DNA from: a virus
Taxonomy: Duplodnaviria > Caudoviricetes
DNA: 56,122 nt
Strand: one strand, 5' to 3'
Virus record (IMG/VR): IMGVR_UViG_3300027763_001745
Span: 1 to 56,122 of that record
This document shows positions 25,872 to 36,819 of the stretch, piece after piece (the first letter of the stretch is position 1; each line of letters starts with the position of its first letter). The position numbers and the translations under genes are program-made. The notes beneath the pieces were generated by a model. It had not been told where the DNA came from. It saw only the letters and a program-made list of their open reading frames with translations, and ran no database searches.

Positions 25872-27944
25872 ATGAAACCATATAATTTAATAAACTCAAA
25901 AATCGTTGAAAAAGAAAAAGGTATACTTAACAAAACATTTACTAGATTTGTTGGTCCCGGAGATAGCATATTTTCAATGTTTTTTCGATCAATGGGTTAT
26001 CGAATAACCATACCACTTGAAGAACTACATTCTATAGATTTTGAGTTTGTCATTTATGACAACAACGAAAAAAACATAGAATTATTTAAAAGAATTTTAA
26101 CTTGGGATGGACAGATAAACAGCGAAGCAACATCTGAATTTGATGATGACTGGGAAATTTTTATAAAAACAATAATACAAGACCTTGACATTAAGATTCG
26201 TGATTTCCATCACGGTCAAACAATTGGTAGATCAAAGCGACGAGGATTCATCGACTTTCAAGCTACATGGAATCATTTTAAAAACAGTAAATTTACTTTT
26301 ATAAACATTGATGTTGTAAATGAAAATAGAAAGTTCTTAGACATATTAACTAATTTGCCGCCAATGTCTGATCCAGCTAACAGACAATTTATCAAACTTG
26401 ATTTCAATAAAACAGGCTATGACAAAGAATCATACAACGATGCTATTAATAATGTATTACACTTATTTTGGTTAAAAAGTTTTAAACAATTTCAAACAGT
26501 TTTAGAAATTTCAGATGATAACAATCAACCATTTGAAGATTTTGCAGGAAAATTATATGCAAGATTGAATCCAACATTTTGCATTTTACCATGGATGCAT
26601 ATACAATACAAACCCAGCGGACAAAGTAAACTATGCTGTAGATATGACAATATTAAAGAAATTAAAGAGTTTGAAGAATTTGAAAAAACATCAATCTCTA
26701 AAGAAAATTTATCACAATTATACAGAGAAAAAGAAAATTTAGTCATACAAAAAATATCCATGGAAGATAGCTTTAATAGTAATTACTGGAATACTGCTAG
26801 ACAATATACTATAGAAAATAAAGAAATCTCTGGTTGCCAAAAATGCTATAATGAAGAACAAGTTGCCGGTGAATTATCTACTTCAATGAGAACAGGATCT
26901 AGTATATTATATAATCAAGGCTACTTACACAAAAAACCCAAATATGAAAAACCTAAGATAACATTCTTAGAAGTTGGCTTCGGTAACTATTGCAATCTTG
27001 CATGTTTATCCTGCAATAGTACATTAAGCACCACATGGCACGACGACGAAGTTAAATTGAACAACATGAGCGATAAATCACTTCAGCGAGTAATATTCCC
27101 TAAGTTGGATAATATTAGATTCGAACCCAATGAGGAAACACTAAAGACTTTAGAATTAATCAAGTTCACTGGCGGTGAGCCTATGATTAATCCAGAGTTT
27201 ATTAGATTCATTGATCTTATCTGTGAAAAAGGAACACCAGAAAACATTAGTTTAGAAATTTACACTAACTGTAGCTATGTACCAAGTCCTAAATTATTGA
27301 AAAATCTAATTAGATTTAATACTGTACAATTGAATTTAAGTATTGATGCATATGGCACAGTCAACGATTATGTACGATATGGCAGTCATTGGTTTGGAGA
27401 TAGCAAGCAAACTGTTAGCAATGCGCTGGACTTTTGGCTAGAGCAGGGAAAAAATAATAAAAATATTCACGTTATCATGTCTTCTACGTTAAGCGTGTTA
27501 ACTGTATTTGACGTGCCTAACTTAATGACACGGTGGGTAGAAAAATATAAAAATTCAGGCAACGATATTGTAGTTGATATGAATACTAATCACGATGGAT
27601 TTTTTAAATTACAATTAGCTGTTGATCCATCATATATCAATATGAATATTTTACCATCTGAATATTATAAAGATATATTAGAATGGTGTGATGAATACGA
27701 CCAATCTTTTACAACAAGATATCCCGAATTTAGTGTAATTCCAGAATCTATCAATGCTAGTTTGGTTAAACTAAGAAATACTATATATCGTTGTTCTGGG
27801 AACCCCACTAATGCTCGTTTGTTAATAGAGTACTTAGAAAAAATGGATTCGATACGCGGTAACAGCGCATCAGAATCCATTCCTGTTATGCTTGGTAAAG
27901 TTAAAGAATATTTGCTAACTCAGGATAAACCTCAGCAAAACTAG
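25872..27944 (+). CDS. Radical SAM/twitch enzyme with long N-terminal extension
   Basis: FCILPW..KLCC, CQKC, CNLACLSC, TGGEP; start reassigned to 25872 (TAAATA-N5-ATG). Confidence 0.85.
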   Translation: MKPYNLINSKIVEKEKGILNKTFTRFVGPGDSIFSMFFRSMGYRITIPLEELHSIDFEFVIYDNNEKNIELFKRILTWDGQINSEATSEFDDDWEIFIKTIIQDLDIKIRDFHHGQTIGRSKRRGFIDFQATWNHFKNSKFTFINIDVVNENRKFLDILTNLPPMSDPANRQFIKLDFNKTGYDKESYNDAINNVLHLFWLKSFKQFQTVLEISDDNNQPFEDFAGKLYARLNPTFCILPWMHIQYKPSGQSKLCCRYDNIKEIKEFEEFEKTSISKENLSQLYREKENLVIQKISMEDSFNSNYWNTARQYTIENKEISGCQKCYNEEQVAGELSTSMRTGSSILYNQGYLHKKPKYEKPKITFLEVGFGNYCNLACLSCNSTLSTTWHDDEVKLNNMSDKSLQRVIFPKLDNIRFEPNEETLKTLELIKFTGGEPMINPEFIRFIDLICEKGTPENISLEIYTNCSYVPSPKLLKNLIRFNTVQLNLSIDAYGTVNDYVRYGSHWFGDSKQTVSNALDFWLEQGKNNKNIHVIMSSTLSVLTVFDVPNLMTRWVEKYKNSGNDIVVDMNTNHDGFFKLQLAVDPSYINMNILPSEYYKDILEWCDEYDQSFTTRYPEFSVIPESINASLVKLRNTIYRCSGNPTNARLLIEYLEKMDSIRGNSASESIPVMLGKVKEYLLTQDKPQQN

Positions 27945-29160
27945 TATCATTTTGCTTGTCCATGAAATTGATATACTCGGCAGTTTCCGCAAGGTCTGCC
28001 GAGTAGTCTTCTGCGTTCATGTAATCGACTACATAATCACCATAGCGAACTATTCTACGCTGTTGCTGTTCTCTGCGTTTGACATTGGCCCATTGACTGT
28101 GAGTCCATAAATTTTCATCATCTAATGTCAATTTAAAGTCAGTCCAGTCTTGTGTAATCTTTGCTTTGATATCTGCTGGCAATACTTTAGGATTGATTGC
28201 TCGTGGATATTGTACCAAACTTGTATGGAACAATCCGCCGGCAGCATTGACAAACTTGACAATATCAACTAATCTGGTGATATTATAGATACTGACGGTT
28301 GTAGTTAAACTCATTTCAATATTTTTAAGTTCGTGCAATTTTTGCACATTGGCTACAATTTTTTGTATGTCACCATAGGTTCTAAAGTAACTAAATGTAG
28401 TGTCATCTCCATCTATGCTTACTCGTAGTATAATCTTTTTAAACTTTGGCCAATGATCCAATACATTATAGTAACCTAAACCCAGTGCTACTAGGTTGCT
28501 GTTATAACTCAGCGTTATGTTTTGTTCATGTCCGGCCATTGCATCAATCATTTCCCAATGACGTTTTTGTTGCAATGGCTCACCCCCTGCGATTAATACT
28601 TCTCGTAGATAAGGTATGGCATTTTTAAACTCTTCAAAACTCCGCTCAGGCAAACTGATATGTTTCTTTTCCAAGCGGCCTGCACCATGCTTGGTAAAAA
28701 ACTTTTTAACTTCAGGATCTTTAAATGCTAGAACTTCCCATTGACTGCTATAAGTAGGACTGCAATGTCTACAACGTAGATTGCAGGTATTATCAAAACG
28801 TATTTCAATGCTTTTAGGTTCATATGGCATTGAATAATCGTTGGTATTGACTTTACTAATGACTTCATCAAAGTCAATATTATAACTGTCTTTATATGTT
28901 TCGTTACAGGTTTGACGTGTACTTGCTACTCCACTATCTTCAAAGTCCCAGCAACTGCGACAACCATTTGGTCGTTCATCATTTAACACCGCACGGCGTA
29001 GTTCTCTAGTTTCGTTGCTGTTCCAAATTTCAGTCAAAGTCTGACTTCGATAATCACCAACACGATCTGGATAACGCCAACATGCACCTACTTTGCCTTC
29101 ATGTTTAATATTCTGATGTATAAAAGGCATTATACAAAAAGTCTTGCTATTTTTGTTCAT
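27901..29160 (-). CDS. Radical SAM/twitch enzyme
   Basis: FCIMPF, CRSC, CNLRCRHC, AGGEP. Confidence 0.9.
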   Translation of the reverse strand: MNKNSKTFCIMPFIHQNIKHEGKVGACWRYPDRVGDYRSQTLTEIWNSNETRELRRAVLNDERPNGCRSCWDFEDSGVASTRQTCNETYKDSYNIDFDEVISKVNTNDYSMPYEPKSIEIRFDNTCNLRCRHCSPTYSSQWEVLAFKDPEVKKFFTKHGAGRLEKKHISLPERSFEEFKNAIPYLREVLIAGGEPLQQKRHWEMIDAMAGHEQNITLSYNSNLVALGLGYYNVLDHWPKFKKIILRVSIDGDDTTFSYFRTYGDIQKIVANVQKLHELKNIEMSLTTTVSIYNITRLVDIVKFVNAAGGLFHTSLVQYPRAINPKVLPADIKAKITQDWTDFKLTLDDENLWTHSQWANVKRREQQQRRIVRYGDYVVDYMNAEDYSADLAETAEYINFMDKQNDTSFAEVYPELANIL

Positions 29161-29161
29161 A

Positions 29162-30223
29162 TCAATATTTAAGAACGTTTTCTTTTTTCAATTTATTATC
29201 AATGTATAGGGTTGTATTTTCTTCATTACCACAGGTACCTAGACATGTGATAAGGTTTCCGTTTTCTATTGTGTCATTCCATTTTGAACTTATTTTATAT
29301 TGCTGTTTAAGTACATCTTCTACTTGATGTATATTTAAATCAAAGTCTTTAAGATTATAGTTTTCTTTTAGATTCCAACTACCCGGACTGTCGTGTGTGT
29401 GAGTACCTAAATAACAACAAGGCATTAATATTCCATTTGCTGCCAAATAAACTTCTTTTCGTTCTAAACTTTTGCAACTAATCTTATTTTGATTTAATTT
29501 TTTATACTTTGTTAGATCAAACTTAAACATTGTATTTGGTACATGTTCTTCTTTACCTACATTACTGTGCCTAAATTGTTCTTGTTCAGGTGGTTCTAAT
29601 GTAAATACATGCTTTCCTTCTACCATTACTTTAAAATCTTTTTTACCCCTAAACTTTTGAGTAACTTTTAATCTAAATTTGATGTCCAAGTCTTTGGCCA
29701 ACTGTTTGGCTGTTTCGACTTGATGTTCGTTGTGTTTGAATACAATAAAGTTCCACTGAGCTGTTCCACCTGCGGCTACATATGCTTTCAAATTGGCATA
29801 CACTTTATCATACTTAACACCAATTCTATACTTGTCTAATGCTTCATTATCAGTGCCATCTATTGCAAAATTAATGAGTACATGACGACGAGCAAGACTT
29901 GACCACCAATCTTCACTGCGATATCCACCATTGGTATCTATACTAATACTTTTACAGCCATTGTCCATTAAGTAATTAACAAATTCTGGTAACAGTTTGT
30001 TTAAGCAAGGATCGCCATATACTCCGCTGAAGTATACATGGTCTAATTGACTGGCAAACTCTGGAGTAAACAACTTATAAAATACATCTGCTGTTAAATC
30101 ACCCTCTATTAAATCTGGTTGCACAAATCCGTGCCCGGTATATCTGCTACACATTGGGCATTGACTATTACAGCGACTGCTCGCTTCTACATGAACTATA
30201 CGTATATTTTCTTTTTCTATCAT
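29162..30223 (-). CDS. Radical SAM enzyme with C-terminal twitch/SPASM
   Basis: CNSQCPMC, GVYGDP, TNG, MPCC, CLGTC. Confidence 0.9.
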   Translation of the reverse strand: MIEKENIRIVHVEASSRCNSQCPMCSRYTGHGFVQPDLIEGDLTADVFYKLFTPEFASQLDHVYFSGVYGDPCLNKLLPEFVNYLMDNGCKSISIDTNGGYRSEDWWSSLARRHVLINFAIDGTDNEALDKYRIGVKYDKVYANLKAYVAAGGTAQWNFIVFKHNEHQVETAKQLAKDLDIKFRLKVTQKFRGKKDFKVMVEGKHVFTLEPPEQEQFRHSNVGKEEHVPNTMFKFDLTKYKKLNQNKISCKSLERKEVYLAANGILMPCCYLGTHTHDSPGSWNLKENYNLKDFDLNIHQVEDVLKQQYKISSKWNDTIENGNLITCLGTCGNEENTTLYIDNKLKKENVLKY

Positions 30224-31044
30224 TTTTTAATTGTAGACATCATAGATAATCCACATTTCATTGTTACACCACTTGCAGGGAAATTAACACCACTATGTGC
30301 TTGACATCTATCAAATACAATAATGCCCCCACGCTTCCAGTTATAAACGGCTTCAAGTTCAAATCCCTGTAACCATTGTTTATTAAAGTGACGAAAATAT
30401 CTATTGTAGTCATCATCACTGACTGTTTGTTTATTCCAATCAACATCCCATACTGATCCATCTTTACGATAACAAACTAAGTTATCATAATTGCGTACTG
30501 TGAAGAAGACATTTGTATCATATTTAGGATCGCCTTTGGCAAAGTTTGTTCCATACATTAAGAAGCGATTTTTAAAGATAGCTGTACCACAATCTAGTTC
30601 AAGATTCTCTTCTTTATGTTTATCGCAGACCCATAATGGAATAATAAACTGTTTACCAGGAATACTGTCACTGTCTTTTAATGTTGCAGGATTACCAGTA
30701 TCAATGTGTAGGTTGTAAGGAGTGGCTGTAATTAAAAAATTACCTTCCCATATTGTTTCGTTGGTTAGTTCAGGAATAGCACTTTGAAGTTTTGCATAAA
30801 ATTTATCTTGTATTAGTCGATTATCAACGTTAAAGTGTAATGTCCCGTTGCGTTTAACTCTACGACTACGATGTTGTCTATGCATTAGATCTTCCAACCA
30901 ATCTAATTCCTCATCTTCAAATAAATTATCAACAGCATAACTGTCACCCCATGTAGATTTCCATTTATCATGTTCTATACCATCTACAGGTATAAATTCT
31001 TTTACCAGTGGATCTCCCGGAACCCATTCTAAATCTTTAGCCAT
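30220..31044 (-). CDS. Putative 2OG-Fe(II) oxygenase-like protein
   Basis: LHID and distal FDR..AHS motifs. Confidence 0.5.
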   Translation of the reverse strand: MAKDLEWVPGDPLVKEFIPVDGIEHDKWKSTWGDSYAVDNLFEDEELDWLEDLMHRQHRSRRVKRNGTLHFNVDNRLIQDKFYAKLQSAIPELTNETIWEGNFLITATPYNLHIDTGNPATLKDSDSIPGKQFIIPLWVCDKHKEENLELDCGTAIFKNRFLMYGTNFAKGDPKYDTNVFFTVRNYDNLVCYRKDGSVWDVDWNKQTVSDDDYNRYFRHFNKQWLQGFELEAVYNWKRGGIIVFDRCQAHSGVNFPASGVTMKCGLSMMSTIKK

Positions 31045-32200
31045 TTAATAATTCCTTTAATTCAGGGAAAACTTCTGCAAAGTTTTCGTTGCGTTTTTTA
31101 TCTAAATCTTGCACTTCTTTAATAAAATTCGATAGCATATATTGTTTATCTGCTGAATTCATTTCCTTTAATAAAGCTATAGCAGAATCAATGACATTTT
31201 GTTCTTTGATATCAGTTAATTCTTTCTGCCAATGACTATTCACTTTTTCTTTTATAGATTTCGGCAGACATGATAAACTCATATTTCCTCCCACTGGAAT
31301 AAAGTAGATTTCGTTGGGCTTTATTAAATTTCTATTAACCAAATACTTATACATTCTAAAAATGTGAAAAGCATTTAGTATATTTACAGCCACACCAAGT
31401 ATGAGCTCAACATGACTAGTATTATAGCGTATAGTTGATAAATTGTCAAGTATAGTATCCCAATCGGCGCCATGTCGTATATAACTTAATTGTTCCCAAC
31501 CAGCATCTATGCTTGCGGATACTTTGACATTTTTAAATTGCTGCCAATAATCAATGACATTCCTATGTTTTAATTTCAATGTAGTTAAATTTGAATTGTA
31601 TCTTATTGCAACATCAAATTTCTTATGTTCTATTAGTAAATCCAAAACTCTATAATGTTCATCCATCATCAATGGTTCGCCACCACAGAAATAAAACTCT
31701 GTGACATGATCTATATTTTTAACAAAGAATTCAAAAAATTCATTGTATTCGTAGAATGGTTTGATTAAGACATTATCTATTTTTTGTTCTTCTGCAATTC
31801 TTGTACTGGCATGTGGTCCGCACATACGGCATTTTAAATTACATAGGTTGCTGAACCTAACATCCCAAAGAAATATCTTTTCGTTGTTAACTAAATCATC
31901 TATGTCATTTAACAAATGACCAAACATTTTATTGCTGGTAATTCTATGACTGGTATTGCCATATGCTTCTGGACGACTACAATTACTGCAACTATCAGGT
32001 AGTCCATTGTCTAACATGTTTTTTCTAAACGATGTTAATTTTTGATTATCCTTTGAATAAACGTTTGATATACCAAGTTCTTTAACATTACCAAAGCTTT
32101 CTTCGCTCATGCAACATACTTGACTTTGTCCCGTAGTCGAAATATGTGCATGAACAAAAGGAAGTATACAAAAGTTTTTAGAACTCAGTATGTCTTTCAT
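31037..32200 (-). CDS. Radical SAM/twitch enzyme
   Basis: FCILPF..QVCC, CSNC, CNLKCRMC, CGGEP. Confidence 0.9.
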   Translation of the reverse strand: MKDILSSKNFCILPFVHAHISTTGQSQVCCMSEESFGNVKELGISNVYSKDNQKLTSFRKNMLDNGLPDSCSNCSRPEAYGNTSHRITSNKMFGHLLNDIDDLVNNEKIFLWDVRFSNLCNLKCRMCGPHASTRIAEEQKIDNVLIKPFYEYNEFFEFFVKNIDHVTEFYFCGGEPLMMDEHYRVLDLLIEHKKFDVAIRYNSNLTTLKLKHRNVIDYWQQFKNVKVSASIDAGWEQLSYIRHGADWDTILDNLSTIRYNTSHVELILGVAVNILNAFHIFRMYKYLVNRNLIKPNEIYFIPVGGNMSLSCLPKSIKEKVNSHWQKELTDIKEQNVIDSAIALLKEMNSADKQYMLSNFIKEVQDLDKKRNENFAEVFPELKELLNG

Positions 32201-33612
32201 ATATCTTTAAAGATATCTTTCATCTCCGGAAATGTAGTATAGAAGTTTGTACCACGTTGCTTGTCTAATAGCTCTAGGTATTCTTTCATTTCCGGTAAAC
32301 GTTGACTCCAGTCTTCACTCTTGGCAAACTTGACCATGCCACGGAGACGATCAATTCCGTAATCAGCGTTGTCAAACATTTCTTGTGTGACTTTTCCCTT
32401 GTGCCATTCTGGAACACCAAGCTGCCAATTTTCTTTCCACCATGGGATAAATTCTTCGTACTTGGCTTCAATTTCATCTTTGAACCATGCTGGCAATATT
32501 TTAACATTTAAGTGTGGTGGATGATAAACAAAGTGATAGTTAACACCACCTGCTCCAAATGGCCACATGTTAATTTTCTTAAAGCCATGCTGTAGTTTCC
32601 ATTTTAAGAATTCTGGAATATAATAAATGTTTAATGCTTGTACGGCACAGGCAATGGTAACTTCTGTGTTAGCTCCTGTTTCTTCATCTAATTGTCTAAA
32701 TGCTTCTAAGTTTCGTTCCCACTTACTTGGATAACGAATATAATCATTTCTATCTTCAATAGCATCTACACTGTAGTGATAACGAACTAGCTTGAAGTGA
32801 CTCCATAATTCAAACAAGTCTTCACGCCACTCAACGCCATTGCTATTGTAACGAATTTCCATGTCTTTGGCATAACCACGCTTGATACATTCTTCTAAAA
32901 TAGCATAATGTTCTTCAATGATTAAAGGTTCGCCGCCAGCAAAGTATAGCTGTTTCATGTTAGGAATCTGTTCCCATAGCTGTTCCCAGAACTTAGGATT
33001 GTTCTTGTGCCAATTGTAACTAGCACCGTTTTCTTTGCCCTTGTTACCCCATTGCATTGTATCTTTAAGTGTTGCATTTTGTACTTCTGGATACATCTTT
33101 TGCCATTCTGGCACCCATAAGCTACTATCATGCGGGCTACACATTACACAGGCCAAATTACATTTAGTACCAAAGCGCATGTCAATATAAGCAATATGCG
33201 GGGGAACGCTGCCGTCTGGTTGTGTATCTTCAATTAACTTGTCCAAATCAACACGTTGACTCCAATAAGCAGTTTCCCATTGGCGTTTAGATTTATGCCC
33301 TTCACGTTCTTCTTTATAGCATTTAACACAGCTAGGTGGTTCTTCCCCAGCAAGCATATGAAGTCTATTGTTCTTCATGTAGTCATTGTTCCAACTACTT
33401 AGAAAGTCTGTGTGATTTAAGTTAGCAGGCTTTCCGTCTGCATTTTTAAGTACACCAACTTCTCCACCGTGAACTTTATCATTAGTTGGTCCTACACTAC
33501 TAGCATTAGCAGTACAGCAAACACGCATGTGTCCGTTTGGGCGTGTGCTCAGATGTACCCAGGGTAGGATGCAAAATGTTTTACTTGGCAGTTCTTTTGT
33601 TTTTTCTGTCAT
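32197..33612 (-). CDS. Radical SAM/twitch enzyme
   Basis: FCILPW..RVCC, CVKC, CNLACVMC, AGGEP; TAAATA at 33637-33642 upstream. Confidence 0.9.
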   Translation of the reverse strand: MTEKTKELPSKTFCILPWVHLSTRPNGHMRVCCTANASSVGPTNDKVHGGEVGVLKNADGKPANLNHTDFLSSWNNDYMKNNRLHMLAGEEPPSCVKCYKEEREGHKSKRQWETAYWSQRVDLDKLIEDTQPDGSVPPHIAYIDMRFGTKCNLACVMCSPHDSSLWVPEWQKMYPEVQNATLKDTMQWGNKGKENGASYNWHKNNPKFWEQLWEQIPNMKQLYFAGGEPLIIEEHYAILEECIKRGYAKDMEIRYNSNGVEWREDLFELWSHFKLVRYHYSVDAIEDRNDYIRYPSKWERNLEAFRQLDEETGANTEVTIACAVQALNIYYIPEFLKWKLQHGFKKINMWPFGAGGVNYHFVYHPPHLNVKILPAWFKDEIEAKYEEFIPWWKENWQLGVPEWHKGKVTQEMFDNADYGIDRLRGMVKFAKSEDWSQRLPEMKEYLELLDKQRGTNFYTTFPEMKDIFKDI

Positions 33613-33710
33613 TGTGTTCTTTCATGTCAACATACTTATTTACTATCTTGTGAGTGTTATTTCTAACAGATTCATAGTTTATTGAAGTCTATGTTTTTCA
33701 AAACATATTT

Positions 33711-34439
33711 TTAAATAGTGTCATTTATTTTTTTAAATAAAATCTGTGCAAAATTTTGATGAGAATATAGATCAAAATGTTTACCAATTGTGCGGTGTCC
33801 TATTGCATCCCATTGTAAATTTAAATAAAATCTTTCTTCTGGATGCCAAAAAGGCATATTTTCACGTGCGTTTCTATTTGTTCCTTCTAAATCAACAAAG
33901 AAAAATCTTATATTTTTAGACAACAAATATCCTTGTAGCAATAACAGATCAATCAAACCATGCAATGTCCAATGATTCATAGAATGGAACATCACTGATT
34001 TTTCTAGGTATTCATTAAATTCTGGTTCATTAACCATTGGATAATTAATAGAATAACTTTTTATTTTTTCGTCATTGTTAACAGCAAATTCACGTGTAAA
34101 ATGTGGAACTTGTAAAACAATATAGTCTATTATCTCTTCTTTTTTTTCTATTAGAGATATTATTTTATAAATCTCTTGCTTTAAACTAGAGCCCAATTCA
34201 GCATGATTTATACATTTCCAGTTTGGATTATTTTCTTCAATTATTTTTGGATAAGCCATGGATTTGCAGATTTTAATATACTCAGTCAAACTAATACTGC
34301 GGTTTACATTTGAAGAAAACCTTTCGTAATATTCCTCTGCCGTTTTACAATCCCTGGCCCAAGGAAGCAATTCATTATCGGGAAGTTCATGTCCAACAGT
34401 AAAACTACATCCGAAAAAATGTATGTGTTTTTTATTCAT
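33711..34439 (-). CDS. SGNH/GDSL-like protein
   Basis: N-terminal FGCSFT and C-terminal His (GKHF). Confidence 0.55.
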   Translation of the reverse strand: MNKKHIHFFGCSFTVGHELPDNELLPWARDCKTAEEYYERFSSNVNRSISLTEYIKICKSMAYPKIIEENNPNWKCINHAELGSSLKQEIYKIISLIEKKEEIIDYIVLQVPHFTREFAVNNDEKIKSYSINYPMVNEPEFNEYLEKSVMFHSMNHWTLHGLIDLLLLQGYLLSKNIRFFFVDLEGTNRNARENMPFWHPEERFYLNLQWDAIGHRTIGKHFDLYSHQNFAQILFKKINDTI

Positions 34440-35511
34440 TTTTAATATTTAATTTAATATTATGTTTGCCTATTGGTAAACTCTGTATGTTTTTTCTACT
34501 ACATACTTCTGTACAACGATGAATACGATCTTTTTTCTTATTACCATGTACGTTACTATCCCAACTGTCGATTAAATCTTCAGTGTAAAATCTATGATTA
34601 ATGATATCGTTTATACTATGTAAATTACAATTATTCCAATCTTCATCATAAGCATCTATAATTCTAGATTTTAATAGATCTGCACGACCTTGTTCTGAAG
34701 ATAACAAACCATTTTGCATAAAACAACAGGGCCATAATCTTCCTTCATTGCTGACAAAATACATTCCATTGGTTTGATTATTACATTCAATGGCATCGTT
34801 TACTTTGTCTTTGAGGCTGTCATTAATTTGTTCTAGGCTAAGAGCACTTCGATTTTTAGATTCAGGCAAGCGTTTAATAATATTAATTTTTTCTAAACCT
34901 AATTGAGTTGCTACACTTCTATCTATTCTTTGATGAAATTCTGAAAATTTCATAGTTTCACTAAGCTGTTTGGCAGTTTCTATTTGATGTTTATTCCACG
35001 GAAAAATTAAAAATTGCCAAATTGCATTACCGCCTTGAGCAATAAATGCTTCAGCGTTTTCCATGATTTTGGACCATGTGCTACCTTGTCTATATATATG
35101 ATTGGTATCTTCTAATCCATCAATACTAAAATTGACTTGATGATGTTTATGTTTTTTTAAAACTGTTGCAAGTTGTTGCCAATATTCAACATTGCGAAGA
35201 CTTGCATTTGTGTGTATGTTAATTTTAAATTGTCGTACTGTAAGCGCCAATTCTAAAAACTCTAAGAATTCTGGATGCATTAAAGGATCATCAATGGTTC
35301 CACAGAACTCTAAATGTGTCACAGATTCAAATTCTTTAGCTGATATAATTTTTAAAAATGTTTCTTTACTTAGATAATTTTTGTTAAGAATGAATTCTTT
35401 TTTTTCTGAAAAGTTACCAGTATCTGTTCTTACACACCCCAAACACAATAAATTGCACATACTGCTTAATTCAAATTGTATTTTTCTAGCTGAATTTAAA
35501 TATATAGTCAT
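34432..35511 (-). CDS. Radical SAM enzyme with C-terminal twitch/SPASM
   Basis: CNLLCLGC, CGTIDDP, WPCC, CTEVC. Confidence 0.88.
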   Translation of the reverse strand: MTIYLNSARKIQFELSSMCNLLCLGCVRTDTGNFSEKKEFILNKNYLSKETFLKIISAKEFESVTHLEFCGTIDDPLMHPEFLEFLELALTVRQFKINIHTNASLRNVEYWQQLATVLKKHKHHQVNFSIDGLEDTNHIYRQGSTWSKIMENAEAFIAQGGNAIWQFLIFPWNKHQIETAKQLSETMKFSEFHQRIDRSVATQLGLEKINIIKRLPESKNRSALSLEQINDSLKDKVNDAIECNNQTNGMYFVSNEGRLWPCCFMQNGLLSSEQGRADLLKSRIIDAYDEDWNNCNLHSINDIINHRFYTEDLIDSWDSNVHGNKKKDRIHRCTEVCSRKNIQSLPIGKHNIKLNIKNE

Positions 35512-35517
35512 ATAATG

Positions 35518-35544
35518 TATTTAACAATTTCTGTCATATAAATA
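35518..35544. promoter_or_regulatory. Back-to-back late promoters driving leaderless divergent rSAM genes
   Basis: TAAATA on - at 35518-35523 (6 nt before the ATG) and TATAAATA on + at 35537-35544 (6 nt before the ATG). Confidence 0.7.
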
Positions 35545-35550
35545 TATCAT

Positions 35551-36819
35551 ATGACATCAAAAAAATTTCCAATTAAAAGTGCCACGGCATGTTTGTTAAA
35601 ATGGGCATGGAGCACCGTTTATGTTTATCAAGGCACTAGTAATAGTTGTCATAGAACTGTACATAGTCATGTACCTGCTGGGGATTTTGGCTCCTTTCAC
35701 AACACTCAAGATAAAATCACAGCCAGAGAAAAAATGCTAAAAGGTGAATGGCCTGGCAATGGCTGTGAATATTGCAGAGATATTGAAGCCGCAGGTGGTA
35801 TGAGTGATCGACAACGTGAATTAGAATTACTAGACAACAACGTTCAAGACTATATGTTAATACCAAAAGAGTTAAAGACTAATCCCACTGCTGTAATCAC
35901 TACTCCAACTATGGTAGAAGTTTATTTCAGTAATAAATGTAATATGAGTTGTATTTACTGTGATCCAAGTTTAAGTAGCTTATGGGTAGCTGAAAATAGA
36001 ATACATGGAGATCACGGTGTTCTCACAGTTTCACAAGCAGATGAACTAAGTGCTAGTTATGATCAACGATTAGCTGAATTTTGGGCATGGTTTAAAGAGA
36101 ATTATAAAACAATTAGCATGTTACATGTCTTGGGTGGTGAACCTTTTTATCAAGACGAAACTGAACAAATGATTGATTTCTTATTGGACAGCGATGTTAA
36201 AGCAGGAACTGTGATTAAATTTTTCAGTAACTTAAAAGTTAATAAAGAAAAGTTTACAAGACTAATTACAAAAATGAAACGTTTGCATGACGAAAAAGGT
36301 ATTAAACTTGGCATTGTTGCTAGCTTAGATGCATGGGGTCCTGAACAAGAATATGTTCGCAGTGGTTTAAAATTAGAGCAATGGCAGTCAAATTTTGAAT
36401 ATATGGTCAACGAATGTAAATGGATAGAACTAGTTGTCAACAGCACTATTAATTGTTTATCTATTAAGTATATGCCAGAACTAGTTAGAAGAATAAATGC
36501 TTGGAGACTGGTCCATCCTAATATAACTAATTCTTTTAATCTGCTAGTAGAACCTGTTTCCATGCATCCGGGAAATTTCCCTTCTGGATTTTTTGAAGAT
36601 GACATGCAGGAAATTTTAAATTTAATGCCTAATACAAATATCTATGAAAAGAGTTTATATACACACATGATTGGTGTTAAGAAAACTATAGAACACATGC
36701 CATACAATCCAGAAAATCTTAAACAATTAAGATTATGGTTAGAGAAAATGGATGCAAGGAAAAAGACAAACTGGAGACTAACTTTCCCTTGGTTAGTTCC
36801 AGTTATTGATCATCTTTAA
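35551..36819 (+). CDS. Radical SAM enzyme (C..KW..SCH subtype)
   Basis: CLLKW..SCH, CEYC, CNMSCIYC, LGGEP. Confidence 0.88.
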   Translation: MTSKKFPIKSATACLLKWAWSTVYVYQGTSNSCHRTVHSHVPAGDFGSFHNTQDKITAREKMLKGEWPGNGCEYCRDIEAAGGMSDRQRELELLDNNVQDYMLIPKELKTNPTAVITTPTMVEVYFSNKCNMSCIYCDPSLSSLWVAENRIHGDHGVLTVSQADELSASYDQRLAEFWAWFKENYKTISMLHVLGGEPFYQDETEQMIDFLLDSDVKAGTVIKFFSNLKVNKEKFTRLITKMKRLHDEKGIKLGIVASLDAWGPEQEYVRSGLKLEQWQSNFEYMVNECKWIELVVNSTINCLSIKYMPELVRRINAWRLVHPNITNSFNLLVEPVSMHPGNFPSGFFEDDMQEILNLMPNTNIYEKSLYTHMIGVKKTIEHMPYNPENLKQLRLWLEKMDARKKTNWRLTFPWLVPVIDHL

